Translations under genes and position numbers: made by a program
The notes under the pieces: generated by a model
Seen by the model: only the letters and a program-made list of their open reading frames with translations
Told to the model about the DNA's origin: nothing
Database searches by the model: none
Part shown: piece by piece, positions 17,996-28,175 of the stretch
Layout of the letters: each line of letters opens with the position of its first letter
How positions within the stretch are numbered: position 1 is the first letter of the stretch
Origin: an uncultured Clostridium sp.
GTDB taxonomy: Bacteria; Bacillota; Clostridia; TANB77; CAG-508
Reading direction: 5' to 3'
DNA length: 64,000 bases
Assembly: GCA_900553365.1 (NCBI GenBank)
Contig: USDL01000003.1
Span: 24,258 to 88,257 of the forward strand

Positions 17996-19402
17996 ATGTT
18001 TAAATTTAAACGATTTTTTATTTTACTTTTATTATCTTTTGTTTTACTTTCTTCTGCTGTTCTTGCTAGTGATGAAGAGCAAATGGTTACAGTTGAAGCC
18101 CCAACAACCACAGCAGCAGTAGAACAAAAGCCTACTACTATTGATGAAGATGTTTTCGTTTCAAATGAGGAATCTTATTCTTTAAGTGATATTATTATGG
18201 GAAACATTTTTGCTTCTGCTAATAAGTTTACTACTAATCCAAGAAATAATGGTGGTATAATTAATGGTAATCTATTCTTAATGTCTCAAAATGCTACTAT
18301 TCAATCTGATGTTGTTTATTCAAATAATAAAGATAAAAAGGGTAATGCTATAATCGATTCTATTAATTCAAGATCTGTAATTAATGGAAATGTTTACGTT
18401 TTAGCAGATTCTTTTACTATTGAAGCTGGTTCTGAAGTTCACGGAGATATATATGCTATAGCTAATTCTGTAAATATTGGCCCTAATGTAGTTGTTGATG
18501 GCAGTATTTTTGTAATTACTAGTGATATGACTTTAAATGGCCAAATAAAAGGTTCTGTTTATGCACAAGTTAGAAACTTTACAATGGATTATTACTGTTA
18601 TATTCAAAAAGATTTGAATTTAGCAGCTTATGATGCTTCTCTTGATGGTATAGTAAATAGAACTGCTTCTATTACAGCAACAAACAATTTAATAACACAA
18701 AATAATTTTAAAGTAAATGCAAATCTTTTAGTAGATTATGCAGAAGATTTTAAATTTTCTGGTAAAGTTGCAGGTAATGCAAAAATTAATGCACAAAATT
18801 TAATTTTTACAAATACTGATGCAAATTGCTCTATAGATGGAGACTTAGATTATGCAACTCCTCATGATACTGCAATTCCAGAAGGAGTTGTTGCTGGTAA
18901 AGTTACAACTTCTAAGTTTGTTGATGTTTCAAGCAACAATACTTCAAAAGTAATATTTGCTTCATTATTTGACTTAGTTGCTTTACTAGTTTATGTTTTT
19001 GCAGTAGTTTTCTTTGCTAAACTATTTGCTCAAAAGGCTTTAAGCAAACTACCAGAATTCAATACTGCTAATGTTTTTAAAGCTTTTGGTATTGGCCTTG
19101 CTTCATTTATTGCAATCTTTATTATATTTGTTGGATTATGTTTATTAAGCGTAGGTATTCATTTAGCTTTCTTTATGGTTGTTGCTTACTTATTCTTATT
19201 AGGATTAGCTTTACCTCTATTCTTAAATAAGATTGCAGACATTCTTAATATAAGACTAAATTCTTATATTAAACTATTAATTGTAGTTGTTGCATTTTAC
19301 GTTATAACACTAATTCCTGTATTAGGTGCATTTGTATCATTTATATCAATGACAGTTGGAATTGGCCAAATACTATTAGGATTTTTTAATAGAAAAAATT
19401 AA
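17996..19402 (+). CDS. secreted beta-helix repeat (bactofilin/polymer-forming-like) protein with a C-terminal 4-TM anchor
   Basis: Signal peptide MFKFKRFFILLLLSFVLLSSAVLA (GGAGG SD at 17983). Repeats of the form GNVYVLADSFTIEAGSEVHGDIYAIANSVNIGPNVVVDGSIFV. Hydrophobic C-terminal 150 aa. Confidence 0.55.
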   Translation: MFKFKRFFILLLLSFVLLSSAVLASDEEQMVTVEAPTTTAAVEQKPTTIDEDVFVSNEESYSLSDIIMGNIFASANKFTTNPRNNGGIINGNLFLMSQNATIQSDVVYSNNKDKKGNAIIDSINSRSVINGNVYVLADSFTIEAGSEVHGDIYAIANSVNIGPNVVVDGSIFVITSDMTLNGQIKGSVYAQVRNFTMDYYCYIQKDLNLAAYDASLDGIVNRTASITATNNLITQNNFKVNANLLVDYAEDFKFSGKVAGNAKINAQNLIFTNTDANCSIDGDLDYATPHDTAIPEGVVAGKVTTSKFVDVSSNNTSKVIFASLFDLVALLVYVFAVVFFAKLFAQKALSKLPEFNTANVFKAFGIGLASFIAIFIIFVGLCLLSVGIHLAFFMVVAYLFLLGLALPLFLNKIADILNIRLNSYIKLLIVVVAFYVITLIPVLGAFVSFISMTVGIGQILLGFFNRKN

Positions 19403-19427
19403 GCTGGTGCTTTGAACAAAAAAACAA

Positions 19428-19455
19428 CTTTTCCACAGGATTTCCTGTGGAAAAG
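19428..19455. terminator. bidirectional terminator
   Basis: CTTTTCCACAGGA-ttt-CCTGTGGAAAAG followed by a T-run. Confidence 0.6.
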
Positions 19456-19457
19456 TG

Positions 19458-20117
19458 TTATTTTTTTAGCTCTTTTATAGTTTTTTTATAGTCATCTGAG
19501 TTTATTATACAGCTTCCTACTACCATTATGTCTACTCCTGCATCTTTTAATATAGCTGCATTTTCAGTATTAATTCCTCCATCCGCTTCTATAAATGTTT
19601 CTAAATTATTTTGATATATATACTCTTTTAATTTTCTTATTTTTTCTATTGTTTCTGGGATTAGTTTTTGTCCTCCCTTTCCTGGCTCAACAGTCATCAT
19701 TAAAAATAAGCTTAATTGTGGAAGAAATTCATAAATTTCCTCTATTTTTGTTTTTGGTTTTATTGATAATCCACATTGTATATCATTTTCCTTAAGGTAT
19801 TGTAAAGTTTTCTTTATTTCCTTTTTATCCTTAAATGCCTCATAATGAATTGTTATAAAGTGTGGTTTTAGTTCTAAATATTGCTCTATGTATTCTTGCA
19901 CATTTTCTACCATAAGATGTACATCTAATGGTATATTTGAAATATGTTTTATGCTATTTGCATAATCGTACATTAGTTCTGTTGTATTCTTTTCTACGAA
20001 ATTGCCATCCATTACATCAATATGATAATAATCGGTTTTAGCAACCTCTAAATCGTAAAAAGTTTTCATTGCATTTTCTTTATCTACATTTAAAATTGAA
20101 GTTGAAATTTCTACCAT
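19458..20117 (-). CDS. rpe: ribulose-phosphate 3-epimerase
   Basis: MVEISTSILN...HIDVMDGNFV...HLMV...MTVEPGKGGQ...EADGGIN motifs. Start at 20117 has an AGGAGGAAG SD. Confidence 0.85.
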   Translation of the reverse strand: MVEISTSILNVDKENAMKTFYDLEVAKTDYYHIDVMDGNFVEKNTTELMYDYANSIKHISNIPLDVHLMVENVQEYIEQYLELKPHFITIHYEAFKDKKEIKKTLQYLKENDIQCGLSIKPKTKIEEIYEFLPQLSLFLMMTVEPGKGGQKLIPETIEKIRKLKEYIYQNNLETFIEADGGINTENAAILKDAGVDIMVVGSCIINSDDYKKTIKELKK

Positions 20118-20185
20118 ATTCTTCCTCCTTTGTTTTATTGTATAATAAATCAAACTAAATTGCAATGCATTTTATTATTTTTTTA

Positions 20186-20461
20186 TTATAAGTTCCATTG
20201 CACTATTGACACTATATCTGCTATATATTGGCCTAGTATTGGTATATTTAGTTTTATTAATTTTTGTAATAAGTACACTATTATTGATGATATTATTGTT
20301 ACACCAATTCCAATCCCTACTCCTCTTGATATTCCTGCTAATAGGTTTCTCTTTATTATTTCTTTCTTGCTTCCCATTAAGTAAGATATTTCCATTATGC
20401 CAGATTTATCAAGTTTTTCATTTAAGTTATCTATTTTTTTATTTATCTTTTTATTAAACAT
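20186..20461 (-). CDS. hypothetical small membrane protein (91 aa)
   Basis: Single C-terminal TM segment GVGIGIGVTIISSIIVYLL. No known domain recognised. Confidence 0.35.
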   Translation of the reverse strand: MFNKKINKKIDNLNEKLDKSGIMEISYLMGSKKEIIKRNLLAGISRGVGIGIGVTIISSIIVYLLQKLIKLNIPILGQYIADIVSIVQWNL

Positions 20462-20501
20462 AAGAAAAACACCCTATTTTATTTTGGGTGTTTTTCTGTT
20501 T

Positions 20502-23271
20502 TTATATACCTTGTTTATTGCTTTGGCTAACATTTTCTTGTTCCTGAGCTTTTTTATTTTGTTCTTCTTCATTTTTTAGCTTTTCTAATTCATTTATTAA
20601 GCTTTGCAACTTTTCTATATCTTGTCCTACAAGTGCCCAGTTATTGCTCTTGTTTGATTCAGTTAAGTTATTGTTTGCTTTTATTATTTCGTCTATTAAG
20701 TCTTCTATATTTCCTGTTTCTATTTTTATACTTACAGCATCTTGTGATAATAGATTTGCTAAAGCTTCTCTTATATTATTTCCTATTGCAACTTTGTTGC
20801 CTGAAGCAACAATAACCTTTTTTAATATTGGTGATGTTTTATTTTCATTTTGCAGAACTTGGAATATTGGTTCTACATATAGTAAAGTATTGTTTACAGG
20901 AATTACTATAATATTTTTTTCGATTTTTGCTCCCATAACTTCTATTGCATTTAATTCTGCTGATATTTTTTCATCCTGCTCAACTAATGTATCTAGTTGT
21001 AGAGTTCCAAGTATTGCAACATCTTTATTAAATTTATATAGTTTTAGCACCTTTTCCCCATTTTCATTGCATGAACCTACTAAGTAGCTATTAATATTTT
21101 GCTTTTCTGTTATTGTATATGGTATAACTAATCCTAATTTTTCTTTATCACTGTCTACTGTTTTTACAAGTGTATAATATGGTTTTATGTCTGTTCCTAT
21201 TAATGTAGTTACTTTACTTGTATTTTCTTTTGCTGTATCCCAAACATCATCTGACCTGTATAATACTTCTGGCTGTACTTCATGATATTGTTTTAATATA
21301 TCTGCTTGAATATTGTATAAATATTCTGGATATACAAAATGTTTTGATATATCTTCTGGTATTTTTGCGTCTTTATCTTCAAATAGGCTTGGATACATTT
21401 TCCAATATGCCATTATTATTGGGTCTGTTCTATCTGTTATATAGAACTTCATTGTCCCATCATAGCTATCTACTATTACTTTTGCTGAGTTCCTTATGTA
21501 GTTTATTTTCTTTACTGTGCCATTGTCTTGAATTAAGTTTGTAACTTGTGAATATGGATAACTATTTGATGTTGTGTAACAATCAATTACCCATACCATT
21601 TTCCCTGAATCTGTTATTACCATGTATGGATTTTCATCATATTGTAAATATGGTAAAACTTTTTTTACTCTTTGTAATATATTTCTTTTTATTATTATAT
21701 TACTTTCAGAATTAATATTTGAAGAAAATGCAAGCTTTATTTTTCCTTCTTTTATTCCTAAAACTAATCTATCTAAGAAACCTAGTTGTATTCCTGCTTT
21801 TCCATTATATGTGTTGTAGCTATTGCTTGTACTAGTTAGAGGGTAATCATATTCTGTTTTTTCATTTTTATTTGTGGCAATTACCTCATTTGTTTGTAAG
21901 CCAAAATAAATTCTTGGTTCTTTTATTCTTATATTCTCATCTGTATCTACAAAGTTGCTCTTTATATACTTTAATGCTCCTATCTCTGAAGTTGTTGAAG
22001 CAGATGTTATTATTGCTCCATATCCATGTGTATATTCATGCATTTTATTGTTATAAGTTCTTGTTTCATTACTTATTATTTCGCGTGGGCTTACATATAC
22101 TAAAGTTTCTTTTCCATCTACATCATACACTCCTACACCGTGTTGAATCAAAAGTGTAAAAGCCTAAGCTTGTTTGATGTTCTTCTAAGTGTGATAATAC
22201 CCTTGTTTTATTGTATATATTGATATTATCTACAACGTTTTCATTTTGTTGAATATCATTTGCTGTTATAGTTCCTGTATTTTGTAAGTCGATTTCCTCT
22301 ATATTTATATCATAAGCTTGTTTTGTATATTTAATATTTTCAGCAATATAGTTTTTTTGGTTATCTAATTCATTTCTTTTTACATAAGTAACATCTACTA
22401 ATATTACTACTAAAAATAGCACAACTAGATAAATTGGTATTTGTAAAACTGCATAGCAAGCTTTTCTATATTCTTGCTTTCTGGTTTTTATTAATGCTCT
22501 TATTGCATTTATTACTATAAATACTGAGAAGATAATATATCCCCATTTTTTTATTGTTACATCTATAAAACCTGCACCATAAAGTGATGTACCGTTTTGA
22601 GTTGTAGTAAATTTACCCAATACAATTTCTTGGACTGTAATTATTGATAATATTGAAATTGCAAGTAGTATTAAAAATATATTTGTTACAATTTGTTTTA
22701 TAAAAGTATTCTTTTTTAGTGTATCCATATTTATGCCTTGATTAAAAAATTTATGAAAACATATTACATAATATACTGTTATATGTAAACACATTACTGC
22801 CATTACAATTATAAAACTATATAGTATTGCCTCGATAAATGGCTTTTGGAACACATAATATCCAATATCTAGATTAAATACTGGCTCTGTTCTTGCAAAA
22901 AAAGTTCTATTAAAGAAAAGTATTGCTTTTTCTGTAATTGTGCCTGAAAATATTAATCCTGCAATGGTTGCATAAGCAAAAGATATTGATTTATTAGGAA
23001 GTTTTGGCATTTCTTTTTTATCTTCATTGAAAAACTTTTTTAGTCCTTTTTTTACAAAAGCTGTTGTTATATAGCTTAATAAATATATGATTGCAAAACT
23101 TGCTAAAAACACATAAGTTCTTTGTTTTAAATTGTGTTTAAATATTTCCAAATATTGTTCTCCTATGCTTAGAATCTGTAGGTATTCTCCTCTTATGTTT
23201 ATAATACTATATATTGCAAATATTATAAGAAATAAAATTACAAATATCTCTCTTTTCCTTATTTTTTTCAT
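20502..23271 (-). pseudogene. UPF0182 family membrane protein interrupted by a +1 frameshift at about 22140
   Basis: The N-terminal 382-aa multi-TM ORF (22123-23271) and the C-terminal 549-aa ORF (20502-22151) are collinear halves of an approximately 900-aa UPF0182 protein. Removing one C (ACA-C-GGT) joins ...SLGFYTFDST to GVGVYDVDGKETLVYVSPREI. Confidence 0.75.
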
Positions 23272-23283
23272 TTAAACCTCCAA

Positions 23284-24189
23284 TTATATTATTGCATCCA
23301 CAAATTCTTGTGAATTGAATACCTCCATATCATCTATCTTTTCTCCTACACCAACGAATTTTACTGGTATAGAATTTTCGTTTACTATTCCTACTACTAC
23401 TCCACCTTTAGCTGTACCATCTAATTTTGTAAGTATTAGTCCTGTTATTGGTACTACTTCTTTAAATGCTTTTACTTGTATAATTGCATTTTGCCCAGTT
23501 GTTGCGTCTATTACCATTAGGGTTTCTTTTGAAGCTTCTGGTAATTCTTTTTCTATTACTTTACCTATTTTTAATAGCTCGTCCATTAGATATTTTTTAG
23601 TGTGTAATCTTCCTGCTGTGTCACATATTAATACATCCGCATTTTTTTCTTTTACAATTCTTATAGCGTCAAATACAACTGCTGCTGGGTCTGAGCCTTC
23701 TTGCCTTTTTACTATGTCAACACCTGCACGATTTGCCCAAATTTCAAGTTGTTCCACTGCTGCTGCTCTAAATGTATCTGCTGCTGCTACTACTACTTTT
23801 TTTCCTTGTTTTTTTAAGTTATTTGCAATTTTTCCAATCGAAGTTGTTTTTCCTACTCCATTTACTCCAACTACTAAAATAACTGCTGGAGATGTTTTTA
23901 ATTCTAGTCCATTTGGTACTTTATCTAATATTGCCTGCATTTCCTCTTTTAAAGCAGTTTTTACGCCTTCTTCATCTGTTATTTTTTCTAGTTTTATTCT
24001 ATTTCTCAATTTTGATATAATTTCTGTTGCTGTTTCTACTCCAATATCAGACATTATTAAGATTTCTTCTAGCTCATCTAATAACTCTTCATCTACTTTT
24101 CTAAAGTTACTAAAAACACTATTTATCTTATCATTTAGTGAATCACGTGTTTTTCCTAATCCTTGTTTTAATTTATCGAAAAATCCCAT
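23284..24189 (-). CDS. ftsY: signal recognition particle receptor FtsY
   Basis: NG domain with ILVVGVNGVGKTTSIGKIA...DTAGR...TKLDGTAKGG. Confidence 0.9.
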   Translation of the reverse strand: MGFFDKLKQGLGKTRDSLNDKINSVFSNFRKVDEELLDELEEILIMSDIGVETATEIISKLRNRIKLEKITDEEGVKTALKEEMQAILDKVPNGLELKTSPAVILVVGVNGVGKTTSIGKIANNLKKQGKKVVVAAADTFRAAAVEQLEIWANRAGVDIVKRQEGSDPAAVVFDAIRIVKEKNADVLICDTAGRLHTKKYLMDELLKIGKVIEKELPEASKETLMVIDATTGQNAIIQVKAFKEVVPITGLILTKLDGTAKGGVVVGIVNENSIPVKFVGVGEKIDDMEVFNSQEFVDAII

Positions 24190-24208
24190 GTTAATCTCCT
24201 TTTATTGT

Positions 24209-24238
24209 TTTTTGGGGCGTATGCTATACGCCCCTTAA
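24209..24238 (-). terminator. terminator downstream of prkC
   Basis: GGGGCGTATAGCATACGCCCC followed by A6-CAATAAAA on the plus strand, which is a U-run on the minus strand. Confidence 0.6.
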
Positions 24239-24257
24239 GTTATTCTCTTATAAATTT

Positions 24258-26252
24258 TTAAGGAATGTTTATTGTTGTTTGTGCATTTAAGTTTAAGTCT
24301 TTTCTTGCTTTTACAGTTCCATCTATCTTAACTGTAATTCTTACTGTTCCTTCTCCATCAAAGCCTACTGTAACATTGGTTAAGTCTTCACTAACATCCT
24401 TTGATTCTACTTGTACATCATCTACTAAAACTACCAATTTTACTTTGCTTGGCTGATTTGCTAAAACTTCTTTTTCTACTTCCTTTTCTTCTCCTGTTTC
24501 TGGATCTTTTATTTTTTCTTTAATTTTCTTATATGTTGGTTCATATCCTGTAAGGCTTGCAACATTAATATTTATTGTTCCATGTACCATTGCTTGATAT
24601 TCATTTATTGTTATTGTTATTTCTGAGTTTTTACTTACCATACTTTTTGCTGATATGTTTTGACCTACTACTCCATTGCCTTTACTTGAGTCTTTTATTT
24701 TATCGGTTCTTATCCATTTTAGCTTTGCTTCTGCAATTTTTGCTTTTGCTTCATCTTCTGAAAGTCCTTTTAAATCTGGTACTTCTACTTGTTCTATTCC
24801 TAAACTTGCTTTTACTTTTACTTTGCTTCCTACTAGAATTTCTTCTCCTTCTTGTTTATCTTGTTCAATTATTATTCCTGCTTCAACTTCATCACTATAT
24901 TCTTCTTCTAGTTCCATTTCTAAGCCTAATTCTTTTAATTCTTTTCTTGCTTCATCCTTTGTTTTGCCTACTAATTTTGTAACTTTTACAAGTTCTTGAC
25001 CTTTGCTTATTATAACATTTATTGTGCTTCCCTCTTTTACTGTAAATGCAAAATTTTCTTGGTATTTTGGGTCTTGTGATATTATTTTTCCTTCTGGAAC
25101 TTCTGGATCATATTTTTCTTCTTGAATTTTTACTGTAATTTTTGATTCTGCAACTTTTGCTTTTGCCTCATCAAATGTTAAGCCTACAAGCTTTGGTAAT
25201 GCAACATCTTTTGGTTGTTTTGAGTTAAGAACTCCTAGTGTTATAGCTATTGTTGAAATAAATACTATTAAAAATATAATTCCAATTAATGCTGCTTTTA
25301 CAAATTTATGCTCTTCTAAAAATCTATTAAATTTTGCAAATTTTCCTTCTTTTGCTCTTTTGGCAGTTCCAGTTCCTTCTTTCTTGCTTGGTTCTGTATC
25401 TTCTGCAACTCTAGATACTCCAATTTCTGGATTTTTTATGATTCTATCTAAATCTTCAATCATTTCTGTTGCTGAACTGTATCTTTGATTTGGATCTTTT
25501 TGCATTGCTTTCATGATTAAGTTATTTAAACTTTGTGGAATAGCTGGATTTAGAACTATTGGTTCTATTGGTTTTTCTTGCATGTGTTTTAATGCTACTG
25601 ATACTGGTGTATCAGCATCAAAAGGTACTCTTCCTGTTACCATTTCATATAGCACAACTCCTAGAGAATAAAGGTCTGATTTTGCATCTGTATATCCTCC
25701 ACGTGCATGTTCTGGTGAGAAATAGTGTACTGAACCTATTGTTGTTCCAAAGGCTGTGATTGTTGAGTTTGATACTGCTTTTGCAATTCCAAAATCAGTT
25801 ACTTTTGCTGTTCCATCTTCTGTTATTATTATATTATGTGGTTTTATATCTCTATGAATTATGTTGTTTTTATGTGCTGTTTCTAGGGCCTGAGCTATTT
25901 GTTTTGCTATTTTTACAGACCATTTCCAGCCCATTCTTCCATCTTCAACAATTATTTCTTTTAGAGTTTTGCCTTTTATTAATTCCATTACAATATAATA
26001 TAAACTACCTTCTTTGCCAACATCATAAACTGATACAATATTAGGATGTGTAAGGCTTGCTGCTGATTCTGCCTCTGTATTAAATCTTTTTATGAATTCA
26101 TTATCTGTTGTATATTCTTCTCTTAAAACTTTTACTGCTACATATCTTTTTAATACTAAATCTCTAGCCTTATATACTGTTGCCATTCCTCCGCTTCCTA
26201 TTTTTTCTATAAGTTCATATCTACTTCCAAGTACTTTCCCTTCTACATTCAT
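24258..26252 (-). CDS. prkC: Ser/Thr protein kinase with TM segment and PASTA repeats (PrkC)
   Basis: Kinase motifs GSGGMATVYKA...HRDIKPHNI...DFGIA. TM segment. C-terminal PASTA-like repeats. Confidence 0.9.
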   Translation of the reverse strand: MNVEGKVLGSRYELIEKIGSGGMATVYKARDLVLKRYVAVKVLREEYTTDNEFIKRFNTEAESAASLTHPNIVSVYDVGKEGSLYYIVMELIKGKTLKEIIVEDGRMGWKWSVKIAKQIAQALETAHKNNIIHRDIKPHNIIITEDGTAKVTDFGIAKAVSNSTITAFGTTIGSVHYFSPEHARGGYTDAKSDLYSLGVVLYEMVTGRVPFDADTPVSVALKHMQEKPIEPIVLNPAIPQSLNNLIMKAMQKDPNQRYSSATEMIEDLDRIIKNPEIGVSRVAEDTEPSKKEGTGTAKRAKEGKFAKFNRFLEEHKFVKAALIGIIFLIVFISTIAITLGVLNSKQPKDVALPKLVGLTFDEAKAKVAESKITVKIQEEKYDPEVPEGKIISQDPKYQENFAFTVKEGSTINVIISKGQELVKVTKLVGKTKDEARKELKELGLEMELEEEYSDEVEAGIIIEQDKQEGEEILVGSKVKVKASLGIEQVEVPDLKGLSEDEAKAKIAEAKLKWIRTDKIKDSSKGNGVVGQNISAKSMVSKNSEITITINEYQAMVHGTININVASLTGYEPTYKKIKEKIKDPETGEEKEVEKEVLANQPSKVKLVVLVDDVQVESKDVSEDLTNVTVGFDGEGTVRITVKIDGTVKARKDLNLNAQTTINIP

Positions 26253-26292
26253 TTTTTTATCATTCCTTTCATGAGATAATTAATGTTTTTGC

Positions 26293-27024
26293 TTAATTTA
26301 CAATTATAATGGTTGTAATATTATCATATCCACCTAATTGTTTTGCTTTATTTATTAAATTTTTTGTTGCATTTGGAATATCTTGTGTAATTATATTATA
26401 TATTTCTTGTTCTGCTATCATATTTGTTAGTCCATCTGAGCAAATTAAAATTATATCATTTGGATTAAAACCTTTAACCATAATATCTGGTTCAATTTCT
26501 GGCTCACATCCTAATGCTTTCATTAGCATGTTCTTTTTTGGGTGATGAATTGCCTCTTCTTTAGTTATTGTTCCATCTTTTATCAATTTCTGTACATAAC
26601 TATGGTCGGTTGTTATTTTTCTCATAATCCCTTGTCTTATTCTATAAATTCTACTATCTCCAATATGGCCGATAAATGCTCTATTATTATATATTAAGCA
26701 TACTTCAACAGTAGTACCCATTTGTTCTAATTCTTTTTCTTCTCTTGATTTTTCATATACTATTTTGTTAGATTCTTGCATTGCATTTTTTATTAATTCC
26801 ATTAATTCTTCTTTTGTGTATTGTTTTTTATCTTCGAAATTCTTTTTTATGTATTCGGCTACTCCTATACAGGCTAAGCGACTTGCTATTTCTCCTCCTG
26901 TATATCCTCCCATACCGTCTGCTAATATGCATAATTTATAATTGTCATTTTCCTCCGATATATAGTAAGCATCTTGATTTATTTGTCTTACCATACCTAT
27001 ATCTGTATCAGCATATATTCTCAT
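26293..27024 (-). CDS. prpC: PP2C-family Ser/Thr phosphatase (Stp/PrpC)
   Basis: ADGMGG...GHIGDSR...CSDGL motifs. ATGA overlap with rlmN. Confidence 0.85.
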   Translation of the reverse strand: MRIYADTDIGMVRQINQDAYYISEENDNYKLCILADGMGGYTGGEIASRLACIGVAEYIKKNFEDKKQYTKEELMELIKNAMQESNKIVYEKSREEKELEQMGTTVEVCLIYNNRAFIGHIGDSRIYRIRQGIMRKITTDHSYVQKLIKDGTITKEEAIHHPKKNMLMKALGCEPEIEPDIMVKGFNPNDIILICSDGLTNMIAEQEIYNIITQDIPNATKNLINKAKQLGGYDNITTIIIVN

Positions 27025-28052
27025 TTACTCACCTCTTTTTTTCTAAGTTGTCCACATGCTGCATCTATATCTGAGCCTAGTTCTCTTCTTACAGTTGCAA
27101 CTATTCCCTTTGAATTCAAATAATCTCTAAATTTCATAATATTCTCATTACTACTTTTTGTAAATTTGCCATCTTCAATTTTATTTATTGGTATTAAATT
27201 TACATGACATAACATTCCCTTTAGTAATTCTGCAAGCTCTTTTGCATCTTGAATATTATCATTATTGTCCTTTGCTAACGCATATTCAAATGATATTCTT
27301 CTGTTTGTTTTCTCTATATAATATTTACACGCCTTTATTAACTCTTGAATGTTGTATAAATTATTTACTGGCATCATTTTGCTTCTTTTCTCGTTTGAGC
27401 TACTATGAAGTGATATTGATAATGTGCATTGTATATTCTCATCTGCTAATTTATATATATTAGGTACTAATCCACTTGTTGAAATGCTTATATGCCTTGC
27501 TCCCATATTTATTCCTTTAGGATTATTTAGTATTCTTATTGCTTTCATTACATTATCATAATTATCTAATGGTTCTCCTATCCCCATAAATACTAAATTT
27601 GAAATATGTATTTTTTCGTCTCTTTCAATGGCTAGTAACTGTTCTACAATTTCTCCTGCCTCTAAACTTCGTGCAAATTTTACACCTGTTGATGCACAAA
27701 ATTTACAACCCATTTTGCATCCCACCTGTGATGATACACATATTGTTTTTCCGTATTTATATTCCATCAATACAGATTCTATTGCATTGTTATCAAGAAT
27801 ATCAAATAGATATTTTTTTGTTCCATCTTTTGATACTTGTTTTGTTATAATTTTAAATGTATGTAAATCAAATTGCTCTTTTAGCTTCTCTCTTAAGGCT
27901 TGTGATAAATTCGTCATTTCATCAAAACTTGTAACATTTTCTTTATATATCCAAGAAAAAATTTGCTCTGCCCTATATTTCTTTTCTCCGTAGTTCTTCA
28001 AGTTTTTCTTTTAGTTCTTCTAAATCGTAATTTTTTATATTTTCTTTTAACA
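27021..28052 (-). CDS. rlmN: 23S rRNA/tRNA m2A methyltransferase RlmN (radical SAM); N-terminus interrupted by a +1 frameshift at about 27990
   Basis: CxxxCxxC CKMGCKFCAS. The track ORF starts at a TTG. The ATG at 28052 gives MLKENIKNYDLEELKEKLEELRRKEI-stop. Removing one C (CTA-C-GGA) yields MLKENIKNYDLEELKEKLEELGEKKYRAEQIFSWIY, matching the conserved LGEKPFRA N-terminus. Confidence 0.8.
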
Positions 28053-28128
28053 TATAATTCCTTCTATTTTTAAAATTTTACGAATATATTGTACCATATA
28101 TCTAAAATTTATACAAGTTAAAAAGCAA

Positions 28129-28158
28129 TAAAAAATCCGCTTTTGCGGATTTTTTATT
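28129..28158. terminator. terminator at the end of the type IV pilus operon
   Basis: AAAAATCCGC-tttt-GCGGATTTTT with a flanking T-run. Confidence 0.6.
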
Positions 28159-28175
28159 TATATTTTTAATTACCT

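Noticed and set aside
23315-24238. 307-aa plus-strand ORF antisense to ftsY
   Set aside because: Ser/Thr/Phe-rich low-complexity product. Completely overlaps a conserved gene. No start signals.
24575-24999. Leu-rich plus-strand ORFs inside prkC
   Set aside because: Antisense, low complexity, no independent support.
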